DNA of 64,000 nt from an uncultured Lachnospiraceae bacterium (lineage in GTDB: Bacteria > Bacillota > Clostridia > Lachnospirales > Lachnospiraceae): NCBI GenBank assembly GCA_946617585.1, contig CAMOKM010000001.1:8779-72778 (forward strand), given 5' to 3'. Position numbers and translations under genes: made by a program. Shown one piece after another: positions 39,169 to 50,332 of the stretch. Below the pieces are notes generated by a model. It ran no database searches, had not been told where the DNA came from, and was given only the letters and a program-made list of their open reading frames with translations. Position 1 is the stretch's first letter. Each line of letters starts with the position of its first letter.

Positions 39169-41172
39169 ATGGATAATAAGGGCAGTCATGTCTTTAAACT
39201 GCATTCGGAATATAAGCCTACAGGCGACCAGCCACAGGCGATAGAAGCGCTTGTAAACGGATTCAGGGAGGGCAATCAGGCGCAGACTCTTCTCGGGGTC
39301 ACGGGATCGGGCAAGACGTTTACCATGGCCAACGTGATCGCATCGCTGAATCTTCCGACGCTGATAATCAGCCATAACAAGACTCTCGCCGGACAATTGT
39401 ACGGCGAGATGAAGGAATTCTTCCCCGAGAACGCGGTGGAGTATTTTGTGTCCTACTATGATTATTATCAGCCCGAGGCATATGTCCCTTCATCTGACAC
39501 ATATATTGAGAAGGATTCATCGATAAACGATGAGATAGACAAGCTCCGTCTGTCGGCGACCGCAGCTCTTTCCGAAAGGAATGATGTGGTGGTGGTGGCC
39601 TCTGTATCCTGTATCTACGGCCTGGGATCTCCCGACGACTATATGCAGATGATGATCTCCCTGAGACCCGGGATGCAAAAAGACAGGGATGAGGTGATCC
39701 ACGAGCTGATCGGGATCAGATACGACAGGGCCGTGGCGGATTTTAAGCGTTCGACCTTCAGAGTGAACGGAGATGTGCTGGATATCTTCCCTGCGGAATC
39801 CGACGATACCGGTGTCAGAGTAGAGTTCTTCGGAGACGAGATAGACCGTATAGTGGAGTTCGACGTGCTCACGGGGCACCTGAGATCCGAGCTGAAGCAT
39901 GTGGCCATCTTTCCGGCATCCCACTATGTGGTCACGCAGGACAAGATGGAGAGAGGCATCGCCGAGATCGAGAAGGAGCTGAAAGAGCGAGTCGAATATT
40001 TCCGTTCCGAGGACAGGCTCATAGAGGCACAGAGGATATCCGAAAGAACGAACTTTGATATAGAAATGATGAGAGAGACAGGCTTCTGCTCGGGGATAGA
40101 GAACTATTCGAGACCTCTGTCCGGGAGGGCTCCGGGCTCTGCGCCCCTCACACTCATGGATTTCTTCCCGGACGACTATCTGCTGATAGTGGATGAGAGC
40201 CATATAACCATTCCCCAGATAGGCGGCATGTATAACGGCGATCAGGCCAGAAAGACCTCTTTGGTCGATTACGGATTCAGACTTCCTTCGGCAAAGGACA
40301 ACAGACCCCTGTCATTTGAAGAGTGGGAAGGACACCTGGACAAGATACTGTTCGTATCGGCTACTCCGGCCGAATACGAGGCAGAACACGAGCTGCTCCG
40401 TGCAGAGCAGATCATACGGCCTACGGGTCTGCTGGATCCTGAGATCTCGGTACGGCCTACGGAGGGTCAGGTGGATGATCTGGTGTCCGAGATCAACAAA
40501 GAGACGGCCAAAAAGGGAAAGATACTCGTCACGACCCTCACGAAACGTATGGCTGAGGATCTCACGGATTATCTCAGAGAGACGGGGATCAGGGTGAAGT
40601 ATCTTCATTCCGACATAGATACTCTCGAGCGGGCCCAGATCATAAGAGATATGCGCCTGGATGTATTTGATGTGCTGGTAGGCATCAACCTGCTGAGGGA
40701 GGGACTGGACATACCGGAGATATCTCTGGTGGCTATCATAGATGCCGACAAGGAGGGCTTCCTTCGCTCTGCCACATCGCTGATACAGACCGTGGGAAGA
40801 GCAGCCAGAAATGCCGAAGGACACGTGATAATGTATGCGGATACCGTCACGGGCTCCATGAAAGAGTGTATAGACGAAACAAACAGAAGACGAAAACTGC
40901 AAATGGAGTATAATGAGAAGAACGGTATCACCCCTCAGACCATAAAGAAAGCGGTCAGAGACCTGATATCCATCTCAAGATCTATCGCAAAGAGCGAATA
41001 CGAGCTCGAAAAGGATCCCGAATCAATGAGCAGAGATGAGCTGAAGAAGGTGATAGATAAGATCGAGAAGCAGATGAGGAAGGCGGCAGCAGAGCTGGAC
41101 TTCGAGACGGCAGCGATGCTGCGTGATAAGATGATAGAGCTTAAGCGTAATCTGATACAGGAGGAGAGATGA
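39169..41172 (+). CDS. uvrB: Excinuclease ABC subunit B
   Basis: [35 protein letters not shown] domain. Confidence 0.97.
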   Translation: MDNKGSHVFKLHSEYKPTGDQPQAIEALVNGFREGNQAQTLLGVTGSGKTFTMANVIASLNLPTLIISHNKTLAGQLYGEMKEFFPENAVEYFVSYYDYYQPEAYVPSSDTYIEKDSSINDEIDKLRLSATAALSERNDVVVVASVSCIYGLGSPDDYMQMMISLRPGMQKDRDEVIHELIGIRYDRAVADFKRSTFRVNGDVLDIFPAESDDTGVRVEFFGDEIDRIVEFDVLTGHLRSELKHVAIFPASHYVVTQDKMERGIAEIEKELKERVEYFRSEDRLIEAQRISERTNFDIEMMRETGFCSGIENYSRPLSGRAPGSAPLTLMDFFPDDYLLIVDESHITIPQIGGMYNGDQARKTSLVDYGFRLPSAKDNRPLSFEEWEGHLDKILFVSATPAEYEAEHELLRAEQIIRPTGLLDPEISVRPTEGQVDDLVSEINKETAKKGKILVTTLTKRMAEDLTDYLRETGIRVKYLHSDIDTLERAQIIRDMRLDVFDVLVGINLLREGLDIPEISLVAIIDADKEGFLRSATSLIQTVGRAARNAEGHVIMYADTVTGSMKECIDETNRRRKLQMEYNEKNGITPQTIKKAVRDLISISRSIAKSEYELEKDPESMSRDELKKVIDKIEKQMRKAAAELDFETAAMLRDKMIELKRNLIQEER

Positions 41173-41957
41173 TGGGAAAGAAACTGTCTGTAGTCGTACC
41201 CACGTTCAATGAGGCCGGCAATGTGGCGGAGCTTGCCGCCCAGATAGGAGAGGCATTGAAGGGGGTGGATTATAATATCTGGTTCATAGATGACTCAAAT
41301 GACAATACGCCGGAGGTGCTGGAGGCACTGTGCAAAGAGGATGCGCATTGTCATTTCCATCACAGAGAGGGGGATCAGCAGACAGGGCTTGCGACGGCTG
41401 TGATAGAGGGCTTTCATATGGCGGACGGTGATTTCCTCGCCTGCATGGATGCCGATCTTCAGCACCCGCCCAAGGTGCTCCGTCCCATGTATGCCGCCAT
41501 GCTTTCCGGGGCAGACATCTGTGTGCCCTCAAGACTCATCAGGGGCGGCTCCGACGGCGGGCTGAACATAGTGCGCAAGGTGGTGTCAGGGACTGCCAGG
41601 TGGATGGGCAAATTTGCACTGTCTTCTCTCAGGAATATATCCGATCCCACCTCCGGGCTTTTCATGTTCAGAAAGGGGATGCTGGATGGGGCAGACCTCA
41701 GACCGATAGGCTGGAAGATCATGGTCGAAGTGCTGGCAATGTGCGAATACAGGCTCGTGATAGAGATACCATATGAATTCCACGACAGGAATGCGGGAGA
41801 ATCCAAGATATCGAAGAAGGTCTCCATGCAGTATATGGAACAGCTGAAAGACCTGAGAGGACGTGAGATACGTCACGACTCGGTGATCGTGACCAGATGG
41901 TCTCCGGCATTTACCGAATCCATGATCCGCAAGTATTGTCCGACAGAGGAAGTATGA
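41169..41957 (+). CDS. GT2 polyprenol-phosphate hexosyltransferase (DPM1/Ppm1-like)
   Basis: [34 protein letters not shown]. Confidence 0.85.
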   Translation: MMGKKLSVVVPTFNEAGNVAELAAQIGEALKGVDYNIWFIDDSNDNTPEVLEALCKEDAHCHFHHREGDQQTGLATAVIEGFHMADGDFLACMDADLQHPPKVLRPMYAAMLSGADICVPSRLIRGGSDGGLNIVRKVVSGTARWMGKFALSSLRNISDPTSGLFMFRKGMLDGADLRPIGWKIMVEVLAMCEYRLVIEIPYEFHDRNAGESKISKKVSMQYMEQLKDLRGREIRHDSVIVTRWSPAFTESMIRKYCPTEEV

Positions 41958-44812
41958 AAAAGAAAGAAGCAGACATCAGGAAATTTATAAAGATAAGAGG
42001 GGCGAGAGAGCACAATCTGAAGTCTCTCTCGGTGGATATACCGAGGAATCAGCTGGTAGTGATGACAGGCTTGTCCGGATCGGGCAAGTCTTCTCTGGCT
42101 TTTGACACGATATATGCAGAGGGACAGCGACGGTATATGCAGTCACTGTCAAGCTATGCACGTATGTTCCTGGGACAGATGGACAAGCCGGACGTAGAAT
42201 CCATAGAAGGGCTCCCGCCCGCCATATCCATAGACCAGAAGTCCACAAACCGGAACCCGCGCTCCACGGTCGGTACGGTGACGGAGATATATGATTACCT
42301 GAGACTTCTCTATGCGAGGATAGGCATACCCCATTGCCCGGAATGCGGCAAGGTGATAGAGAGACAGACTGCAGATCAGATGGCGGATGCGCTGATGAAG
42401 CTTCCGGAGAGGACGAAGATACAGCTGCTGGCTCCGGTGGTAAGGGGCAAGAAGGGACGCCACGAGAAGGTATTGGAGAGGGCCAGGAAATCCGGATATG
42501 TCAGAGCCATCGTAGACGGATCTCAATATGATCTGTCTGAGGAGATAGAGCTCGATAAGAATATACGTCATTCTATCGATATCGTGGTAGACAGACTGAT
42601 AGTAAAGCAGGGTATAGAGACCCGGCTTGCGGATTCCATAGAGAACGTGCTGGAGATCTCCGATGGTCTGCTGAACGTGGATGTGGACGGCGGAAAAGAG
42701 ACCCTGGCTTTTTCAAACAGCTTTTCCTGTCCGGACTGCGGTATATCGATCCCTCCCATAGAGCCCAGGAGCTTTTCTTTCAACAATCCGTTCGGGGCCT
42801 GTCCCACCTGTGCAGGGCTGGGATACAAGATGGAATTCGATGAAGACCTGATGATCCCGGACAAGACACTGTCTTTCAATGAGGGCTGTGTGAGCTGCAT
42901 GGGATGGATGAACTCCAAGGATCCCGGGAGCTATTCACATGCCCTGCTGGAGGCACTGGCAAAAAAATACAGGTTTTCGCTGGATACCCCTTATGAAAAG
43001 CTTTCCGAAAAGGCAAAGGATATCTTTATTCACGGTACAGGCGGAGAAGCAGTAAAAGTCCACTACAAAGGTCAGCGTTCAGAGGGAGTGTATGAAGACG
43101 CTTTCGAGGGTCTGATAAAGAACATGGAACGCAGATACAGAGAAACCTTTTCGGACTCTGCCAAAGCGGAATACGAGCAGTATATGAGGATCTCTCCCTG
43201 CGAGACATGTAAAGGGCAGCGGCTGAAAAAGGAATCTCTGGCCGTCACGGTGGACGACAAGAACATATTTGAACTGACCGAAATGTCGGTAAAGCAGCTG
43301 CTGAAGTATTTTGATACCATACCGGAGTCTATCACCGAGCAGCAGCAGAGGATAGGCACACAGATAATAAAAGAGATTCATTCGCGGATCCGCTTCATGA
43401 ATGACGTGGGACTGGATTATCTCACTCTTTCCAGAGCGACGGGCACTCTTTCCGGAGGGGAGGCTCAGCGTATCAGGCTCGCCACGCAGATAGGCAGCGG
43501 TCTGGTCGGAGTGGCATATATCCTGGATGAGCCGTCCATAGGACTGCATCAAAGAGACAACGACAAGCTGCTGGCTACGCTCAGGCATCTGCGAGACCTC
43601 GGGAATACGCTGATCGTGGTGGAGCATGACGAGGATACCATGCTGGCGGCAGACCATATCATAGATATAGGACCGGGTGCCGGGATACGCGGCGGTGAGC
43701 TTGTAGCCGAGGGTACTGCGGATGAGATAATGAAGGTGAAGAAGTCGATCACCGGCAGATATCTGTCCGGGGAGCTGTCCATACCGGTGCCGAAGGAGAG
43801 AAGGAAGCCTGCCGGATGGATAGAGATCAGAAAGGCAAGAGAAAATAACCTCAAGAACACAGATGTCAGGATACCGCTGGGTGTGATGACCATAGTGACG
43901 GGGGTGTCCGGATCGGGCAAGTCTTCTCTGATAAACGAGATCCTGTTTAAGACAGCTGCAAAAAAGCTGAACCGCGCGCGTATCATACCGGGGGCGTCCG
44001 ACGGGATAAAGGGTCTGGAGGAGCTGGATAAAGTCATCAATATAGACCAGTCGCCCATCGGGAGGACACCGAGATCCAATCCGGCCACATATACGGGTGT
44101 ATTCGACCTGATCAGGGATCTTTTCGCGGGGACGCAGGAGGCACGTGCAAGAGGTTACAAGAAGGGCCGGTTCTCGTTTAACGTAAAGGGAGGACGATGC
44201 GAAGCCTGCAGCGGAGACGGCATAATAAAGATAGAGATGCATTTCCTGCCGGACGTGTTCGTACCCTGCGATGTATGCCACGGCAAGCGGTACAACAGAG
44301 AGACTCTCGATATCACCTATAAGGGCAGGAATATAGCCGATGTTCTGGACATGACGGTGGAGGAGGCCCTTGATTTCTTTGAGAATGTACCTTCGATAAG
44401 AAACAAGATCCAGACTCTCTATGATGTCGGGCTCGGATATGTAAAGCTGGGTCAGCCTTCCACAGAGCTTTCAGGAGGAGAGGCCCAGAGGATAAAGCTG
44501 GCAGCGGAGCTTTCGAGAAAGAGTACAGGAAGGACCCTGTACATCCTGGATGAGCCGACTACGGGTCTGCACTTCGATGATGTGAAGAAGCTCGTCACCA
44601 TCCTCCAGAGACTTGCCGATATGGGAAATACCGTGGTGGTGATAGAGCACAACCTGGATGTGATCAAATGCGGTGATTATATAGTTGATATGGGGCCGGA
44701 AGGCGGAGACGGCGGGGGTACAGTCGTAGCCTGCGGTACGCCGGAAGAGGTAGCAAAGGTAAAGAAAAGCTATACAGGGTACTACATAGCAAAGATGCTC
44801 GGAAAAAAATAA
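41954..44812 (+). CDS. uvrA: Excinuclease ABC subunit A
   Basis: [18 protein letters not shown], two ABC modules, zinc fingers; ATG 41954 overlaps the GT2 stop. Confidence 0.97.
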   Translation: MKKKEADIRKFIKIRGAREHNLKSLSVDIPRNQLVVMTGLSGSGKSSLAFDTIYAEGQRRYMQSLSSYARMFLGQMDKPDVESIEGLPPAISIDQKSTNRNPRSTVGTVTEIYDYLRLLYARIGIPHCPECGKVIERQTADQMADALMKLPERTKIQLLAPVVRGKKGRHEKVLERARKSGYVRAIVDGSQYDLSEEIELDKNIRHSIDIVVDRLIVKQGIETRLADSIENVLEISDGLLNVDVDGGKETLAFSNSFSCPDCGISIPPIEPRSFSFNNPFGACPTCAGLGYKMEFDEDLMIPDKTLSFNEGCVSCMGWMNSKDPGSYSHALLEALAKKYRFSLDTPYEKLSEKAKDIFIHGTGGEAVKVHYKGQRSEGVYEDAFEGLIKNMERRYRETFSDSAKAEYEQYMRISPCETCKGQRLKKESLAVTVDDKNIFELTEMSVKQLLKYFDTIPESITEQQQRIGTQIIKEIHSRIRFMNDVGLDYLTLSRATGTLSGGEAQRIRLATQIGSGLVGVAYILDEPSIGLHQRDNDKLLATLRHLRDLGNTLIVVEHDEDTMLAADHIIDIGPGAGIRGGELVAEGTADEIMKVKKSITGRYLSGELSIPVPKERRKPAGWIEIRKARENNLKNTDVRIPLGVMTIVTGVSGSGKSSLINEILFKTAAKKLNRARIIPGASDGIKGLEELDKVINIDQSPIGRTPRSNPATYTGVFDLIRDLFAGTQEARARGYKKGRFSFNVKGGRCEACSGDGIIKIEMHFLPDVFVPCDVCHGKRYNRETLDITYKGRNIADVLDMTVEEALDFFENVPSIRNKIQTLYDVGLGYVKLGQPSTELSGGEAQRIKLAAELSRKSTGRTLYILDEPTTGLHFDDVKKLVTILQRLADMGNTVVVIEHNLDVIKCGDYIVDMGPEGGDGGGTVVACGTPEEVAKVKKSYTGYYIAKMLGKK

Positions 44813-44826
44813 ATCAAAACAGGGGT

Positions 44827-44853
44827 TAAGAAAACCGGAAAAACTGCCGATGT
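44827..44853 (+). promoter_or_regulatory. Sigma28 (SigD/FliA)-type promoter
   Basis: TAAG-N15-GCCGATGT versus consensus TAAA-N15-GCCGATAW, upstream of flagellar rod genes. Confidence 0.65.
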
Positions 44854-44859
44854 AATATC

Positions 44860-44934
44860 TACATGGAAGTTTTCAGGCGCTCAGCGCTTTCATATATGCA
44901 CGGATGCAGAACACATACTGCATCCGTGTTTTTT
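44860..44934 (+). ncRNA. Candidate small RNA or attenuator leader with two CsrA-type GGA sites
   Basis: Lies between the sigma28 promoter and a terminator; ACATGGAAGT (44861-70) and GCACGGATGC (44898-907). Confidence 0.35.
44898..44934 (+). terminator. Intrinsic terminator
   Basis: GCACGGATGCAG / CTGCATCCGTGT plus TTTTT. Confidence 0.8.
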
Positions 44935-45010
44935 GATTGAAAGTTTTCCGGTTTCGTGGCAATATATAGTATTGGCATTTTGTTGGCAGAAATAGCGAAA
45001 CGAGGAAAAT

Positions 45011-46009
45011 ATGAGCGGAACGGATATAGGAATAGATCTGGGCACGGCCAGTGTGCTGGTGTATATCAGAGGCAAAGGGGTGGTCCTCAAGGAGCCGTCG
45101 GTCGTAGCCTTTGACAGAGATACGAATAAGATAATGGCCATTGGTGAGGAAGCCCGTCTGATGCTTGGGCGTACTCCCGGAAATATCGTAGCGATAAGGC
45201 CCATGAGACAGGGTGTCATCTCGAACTACACTGTCACGGAGAAGATGCTGAAGTACTTCATACAGAAGGCTGTAGGCAAGAGAACGTTCAGGAAGCCCAG
45301 AGTGTGCGTGGGAGTGCCGTCTGCGGCATCCGAAGTCGAGAGGAAGGCCGTGGAGGATGCGGCATACCAGGCGGGAGCAAGAGATGTAAAGATCATCGAG
45401 GAGCCGCTGGCAGCGGCCATCGGAGCCGGGATAGATATCATAAAGGCCTGCGGCAATATGGTCGTGGATATAGGAGGCGGGACCTCCGACATAGCGGTCA
45501 TATCCCTGGGCGGACCGGTGGAGTCGACATCCATAAAGGTGGCAGGCGACGACTTTGACGAGGCTATCGTCAGATACATGAGAAAGAAGCACAATCTTCT
45601 GATAGGCGAGCCGACGGCTGAGGATCTGAAGATCAGTATAGGAGCGGTATTCAAGCAGCCGGAGGTCGACTACATGGATGTAAGGGGCAGAAACCTGCTG
45701 ACGGGACTCCCGGTGACAGTCAAGGTGTCGTCGGAGGAGACGGAAGAGGCCCTGAGAGAGTCGACATCCCAGATCATAGAGGCCATACACAGCGTATTGG
45801 AGCGCACGCCTCCGGAGCTAGCGGCAGATATTGCATCCAGAGGGATAGTGCTCACGGGCGGAGGAGCGATGCTCAGAGGCCTGGAGGAGCTGATAACGGA
45901 AAAGACAGGTATCAACACCATGACGGCAGAGGATCCCATGACCGCCGTGGCGGTGGGTACGGGTAAATACGTAGACTTCATAGCGGGATATCAGGAAGAG
46001 GATAATTAA
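45011..46009 (+). CDS. mreB: MreB-family actin homolog (Mbl-like)
   Basis: GIDLGT, EPSVVA, VDIGGGTSD, LTGGGA. Confidence 0.92.
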   Translation: MSGTDIGIDLGTASVLVYIRGKGVVLKEPSVVAFDRDTNKIMAIGEEARLMLGRTPGNIVAIRPMRQGVISNYTVTEKMLKYFIQKAVGKRTFRKPRVCVGVPSAASEVERKAVEDAAYQAGARDVKIIEEPLAAAIGAGIDIIKACGNMVVDIGGGTSDIAVISLGGPVESTSIKVAGDDFDEAIVRYMRKKHNLLIGEPTAEDLKISIGAVFKQPEVDYMDVRGRNLLTGLPVTVKVSSEETEEALRESTSQIIEAIHSVLERTPPELAADIASRGIVLTGGGAMLRGLEELITEKTGINTMTAEDPMTAVAVGTGKYVDFIAGYQEEDN

Positions 46010-46011
46010 GC

Positions 46012-46812
46012 ATGGTAAAGGGGCTCTACACAGCACACAGCGCAATGATCAACGAACAGCACAGGATGGACACGATGACCAACAACCTGGCTAACGTGTC
46101 GACCACCGGGTACAAGAAGGAGGGTGCTACTTCTCAGACCTTTGCGGACGCGCTCGCAGTAAAGCTCAAGGATTCTTCCGAGTGGTATCTGTCCAGAAGA
46201 CTCGGCAATATGCAGCCGGGAGTTAAGATAGGTGAGAACTATACAGATTGGTCCGAGGGCGGCTTCAGAGGTACGGACAACACCTTTGACCTCGCACTTT
46301 CGGATTCCGGATTCTTCCGCATAGAATTCCAGGATAAAAACGGCAACGTGAGCGAGAAGTACACGAGAGACGGATCCTTCACTCTGACCAAAGAAGGGGT
46401 ACTGGTGACCAAGGACGGAGACTTTGTCCTTGACTCCAACGGCAACCACATCCAGCTGGATCCCATGCAGGATACCACCATTGACAGACAGGGAAACATC
46501 ACTCAGGGGGCCAACAATCAGATCATAGCGACGATAGGAGTCGTCGATTTCGAGAGAAACGAAGAGGGCACGGACTATTATTATCTGGAAAAGTACGGAG
46601 AGAATATGTGGCAGACGGTGGACGGAGCCACGGAGATCCCCTCGAATGCACAGATATACTCCGGCTATCTTGAGCAGTCCAATGTGGAGACAGTTCAGGA
46701 GATGGTCAATATGATAGCGATAAACAGGCAATATGAGATAAACCAGAAAGTGATACAGACTATGGACACGAGTCTGGAAACGGCTGTGAATCAGCTCGGT
46801 AAACTGAGATAA
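46012..46812 (+). CDS. flgF: Flagellar hook-basal body rod protein (FlgF/FlhO-like)
   Basis: NNLANVSTTGYK, YTRDGSF, LEQSNV..V.EM. Confidence 0.8.
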   Translation: MVKGLYTAHSAMINEQHRMDTMTNNLANVSTTGYKKEGATSQTFADALAVKLKDSSEWYLSRRLGNMQPGVKIGENYTDWSEGGFRGTDNTFDLALSDSGFFRIEFQDKNGNVSEKYTRDGSFTLTKEGVLVTKDGDFVLDSNGNHIQLDPMQDTTIDRQGNITQGANNQIIATIGVVDFERNEEGTDYYYLEKYGENMWQTVDGATEIPSNAQIYSGYLEQSNVETVQEMVNMIAINRQYEINQKVIQTMDTSLETAVNQLGKLR

Positions 46813-46831
46813 GAAAGGGAGGGGTGTACTG

Positions 46832-47656
46832 ATGGTTAGATCGCTTTGGACCGCAGCAACTGGAATGATAGCCCAGCAGAACAATGTGGATACTATCGCA
46901 AACAATCTTGCCAATGTGAACACGACAGGGTATAAGACGGAGACGAATGAATTCAAGAGCCTCCTGTATCAGACACTCCAGACAAAGACCACTACAGCTC
47001 ATGCGGTGGAGAATAAGCCCATAGGAGCACAGGTAGGACTGGGTGTGAGAAATGCTTCCATCACGTCACAGTTTACCAACGGCGCTCTGCTGGAGTCAGA
47101 GAGTGCTACCAGCTTTGCCATTCAGGGCAAAGGTTTCTTTGCGGTAAGGGGAAATGACGGGCAGACATATTATACGAGAAACGGCGATTTCAACTTCATG
47201 ATGAACGCCCAGGGAGGACTCACCCTCGCGAACTCCGACGGTCTCCCGGTACTGAATACGAACGGTCAGCCGATCACACTGAACGGGAACTACATCGCCA
47301 ACCGGGTCGAGGTGGATGCCACGGGACAGCTCATGTATCCTGATGCTCAGAACAACCCGCAGCCCATTGCCGGGATGCAGATAGGCATGACGCAGTTCCA
47401 GAATCCCAAGGGCCTTACCAAGGAGGGAGATTCCCTGTATGCGGTTTCTGCCGCATCCGGACAGCCGATGAACGAAGCGACCAACAACAACCTGGAGAAA
47501 TCCGTGATCAGACAGGGATATCTGGAGGGATCCAATGTCCAGGTTGCCGATGAGATGGTCAACCTGATCGTGGCACAGAGAGCTTACGAGCTTAACTCCA
47601 AAGCCATAACCACAACCGATGACATGATGCAGACAGCGAACCAGCTGAAGAGATGA
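46832..47656 (+). CDS. flgG: Flagellar distal rod protein FlgG (FlhP-like)
   Basis: ANNLANVNTTGYK, YTRNGDF, QGYLEGSNV..EMVNLIVAQRAYE.NSK. Confidence 0.88.
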   Translation: MVRSLWTAATGMIAQQNNVDTIANNLANVNTTGYKTETNEFKSLLYQTLQTKTTTAHAVENKPIGAQVGLGVRNASITSQFTNGALLESESATSFAIQGKGFFAVRGNDGQTYYTRNGDFNFMMNAQGGLTLANSDGLPVLNTNGQPITLNGNYIANRVEVDATGQLMYPDAQNNPQPIAGMQIGMTQFQNPKGLTKEGDSLYAVSAASGQPMNEATNNNLEKSVIRQGYLEGSNVQVADEMVNLIVAQRAYELNSKAITTTDDMMQTANQLKR

Positions 47657-47677
47657 TAGGCTGAGAGCAGACACGAT

Positions 47678-48115
47678 ATGGATATAGACAGCAGTTATCT
47701 GACAAATCTATCAAGCCAGGCGGTTTCCGAGGCCAATGCGTCAAAGCTGAAGAGCACGCTCTCGAGCATTTCTGAGAACGGCAGCAGGGTAAAGGCCAAG
47801 GGAAGCGGTGTAAACTCGGCTGAAGAGGAAAAGCTTCTCGATGCATGCAAGCAGTTCGAGAGTTATTTTGTCGAGCAGATGTTCAAGGAGATGATGAAGA
47901 CCGTTCCCAAGGATGCCCTTGACACGGGGTCCAACAGCATGCTTGTGGACTATTACAAGGATAATCTTGTGAAGGAATATGCTGCAGAGGCTACGGAAAA
48001 GGAGAGTCTCGGACTCGCTCAGATGCTTTATGAGCAGATGAAGCGTAATATCGGTATCACTCCGGAGGAGGCAGATGCAAAAGCGGCAGCGGCATCGGGC
48101 TCCGGAAAAAAGTAA
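47678..48115 (+). CDS. flgJ: Rod-binding protein (FlgJ N-domain only)
   Basis: ACKQFESYF.EQMFKEM, GLAQMLYEQM. Confidence 0.8.
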   Translation: MDIDSSYLTNLSSQAVSEANASKLKSTLSSISENGSRVKAKGSGVNSAEEEKLLDACKQFESYFVEQMFKEMMKTVPKDALDTGSNSMLVDYYKDNLVKEYAAEATEKESLGLAQMLYEQMKRNIGITPEEADAKAAAASGSGKK

Positions 48116-50332
48116 ATGCTCTTAAAAGGCATAATAGATCATATCGTTTACCGGAATCCGGAGAATTCCTATACAGTACTTATATTGAACACAGCAGACG
48201 GAGGTGATATCACCTGCGTCGGAAATCTGCCTGAGCTCGATCCCGGGGAGGCCGTATCTTACGAGGGGGACTATACCGACAATCCCAAGTACGGGATACA
48301 GTTCTCCGTGACATCTTTCACGATAGATCCCTTAAATGATGCCGCCTCCATATTCAGATACCTTTCATCGGGAGCCGTGAAGGGGATAGGAGCCGGACTG
48401 GCCAAAAGGATAGTGGACAGGTTCGGTGAGGAAACCTTCCGGATCATGGAGGAGGAGCCCGAAAGACTTTCCGAGATCAAGGGGATATCCTTAAGAAAAG
48501 CCATATCCATATCAGAGGCATTCGAGGCCAAAGCCGGGAGCAGACAGGCACTGTCGTTTCTGGGAAACTATTCCATATCACCCCATCTGGGCCAGAAAAT
48601 ATATGACAGATATAAAGAGCGTGTATATGATGTGATCCGTACGAATCCCTACAGACTGATAGAGGATATCGAGGGTGTAGGATTCCTTACGGCAGACAGG
48701 ATAGCGGCGGAAGCGGGAATAGAGAGAGATTCGGAGTATCGCATCAGATCGGCTGTGCTGTATCTGCTGTCAGAGGCATCGGCATCGGGGAGCCTGTGTC
48801 TGCCGGAAAAAGACCTGACGGACAGGACCGCGGAGATGCTGGGGCTGGACAGGGAACCGGTGATACGCCAGATAGATGCCCTCTCCATAGAACGAAGGCT
48901 CATCAGAGAAATATATGAGGATGTGGAGTACTGCTACTCTGATACGGCATATTACGCGGAGGCCGAGGCGGCAGCCCTGCTGCATGATCTGTGTGTGGAT
49001 GAAAAGGCTGATGAGGCAGAGGTTTACGACAGGATATCGGCCATAGAGAAGGAAACGGGAATATCTCTGGAAGACAGCCAGAGGGAGGCCGTAAGGAGTG
49101 CCATCTGTAATATGGTCTCCATCATCACGGGAGGACCCGGCACCGGAAAGACCACCATAATAAACCTTATGATAAGTTACTTTGAAGCAAAAGGGCTGGA
49201 TGTAACTCTCGCAGCACCGACCGGGAGAGCCGCCAAGCGGATGACAGAAGCATCGGGACACGAGGCAAAGACCATACACAGGCTTCTGGGGGCGGGTGCC
49301 GTGATGGGCGGCAATCCATCTGCCGGATTTGAACGCAACGCAGACAATCCGCTGGAAACTGACGTGATCATACTGGATGAGATGTCCATGGTGGATATAT
49401 TCATCTTCAGGTCGCTCCTTCGAGCTGTGGTGCCGGGAACCAGGCTGATACTCGTGGGAGATGCCGACCAGCTGCCGTCTGTCGGACCCGGGGCCGTGCT
49501 AAAGGATATGATACGGTCGGAGTATATCCATGTGACGAGGCTGAAAAAGATCTACAGACAGGCAGCAGCATCTGCCATCGTAAAAAACGCTCACCTGATA
49601 ATAGAAGGAAAGCCCATAACGCTCGATGCCAGGAACGAGGATTTCTTCTTCCTTGAAAGAAATGATGCAGGGAGGATCATACAGGGGATCATCTATCTGG
49701 CAGGAGAAAAGCTGCCCAGACATCTGCACTGTACTCCTGTGGACATTCAGGTGCTGACGCCGGTCAGAAAAGGTCCGCTGGGTGTAGACAATCTGAACCT
49801 CAGGCTGCAGGAGGCCATGAACCCCCCGGGAAGGATGAAGAAGGAGATCGGGACGGTGAACGGCATAATAAGGACAGGCGACAAGGTGATGCAGATAAAG
49901 AACAACTACGAGATGTCGTGGATCGTATCCAACGGCAGGGGTATGGTCACCGAAACAGGGGAGGGAGTATATAACGGTGATATAGGCAGAGTGCTTTCAG
50001 TATCATCGGACAGTGCTTATATCAGGTTTGATGACGGACGGGAGGCCGAGTATAAGGGGGAGGCGCTGTCCGAACTCGAGCTCGCTTATGCCATTACCAT
50101 CCACAAATCCCAGGGAAGCGAATACAGGGCTGTGATACTGCCGCTGCTGTCCGGTCCGCGCATGCTCATGAACCGGAATCTACTCTACACTGCCGTGACG
50201 AGAGCGAAGACAATGGTATGTATCCTGGGACAGAGCCGGACCGTAGAGGATATGATATACAATGAGAGCGAAGAGAAGAGAAATACAGGATTTGAAAGAA
50301 GGATCCGGGAGATGGCTGAAATGGACAGCTGA
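48116..50332 (+). CDS. recD2: ATP-dependent RecD2 DNA helicase
   Basis: HhH KGIG, GGPGTGKT, APTGRAA, DEMSM, AYAITIHKSQGSE, YTAVTRA. Confidence 0.92.
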   Translation: MLLKGIIDHIVYRNPENSYTVLILNTADGGDITCVGNLPELDPGEAVSYEGDYTDNPKYGIQFSVTSFTIDPLNDAASIFRYLSSGAVKGIGAGLAKRIVDRFGEETFRIMEEEPERLSEIKGISLRKAISISEAFEAKAGSRQALSFLGNYSISPHLGQKIYDRYKERVYDVIRTNPYRLIEDIEGVGFLTADRIAAEAGIERDSEYRIRSAVLYLLSEASASGSLCLPEKDLTDRTAEMLGLDREPVIRQIDALSIERRLIREIYEDVEYCYSDTAYYAEAEAAALLHDLCVDEKADEAEVYDRISAIEKETGISLEDSQREAVRSAICNMVSIITGGPGTGKTTIINLMISYFEAKGLDVTLAAPTGRAAKRMTEASGHEAKTIHRLLGAGAVMGGNPSAGFERNADNPLETDVIILDEMSMVDIFIFRSLLRAVVPGTRLILVGDADQLPSVGPGAVLKDMIRSEYIHVTRLKKIYRQAAASAIVKNAHLIIEGKPITLDARNEDFFFLERNDAGRIIQGIIYLAGEKLPRHLHCTPVDIQVLTPVRKGPLGVDNLNLRLQEAMNPPGRMKKEIGTVNGIIRTGDKVMQIKNNYEMSWIVSNGRGMVTETGEGVYNGDIGRVLSVSSDSAYIRFDDGREAEYKGEALSELELAYAITIHKSQGSEYRAVILPLLSGPRMLMNRNLLYTAVTRAKTMVCILGQSRTVEDMIYNESEEKRNTGFERRIREMAEMDS

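Noticed and set aside
44813-45010. c-di-GMP or other known riboswitch upstream of the flagellar genes
   Set aside because: No GEMM-like tetraloop/receptor pattern recognised by eye; an Rfam search would be needed to exclude it fully
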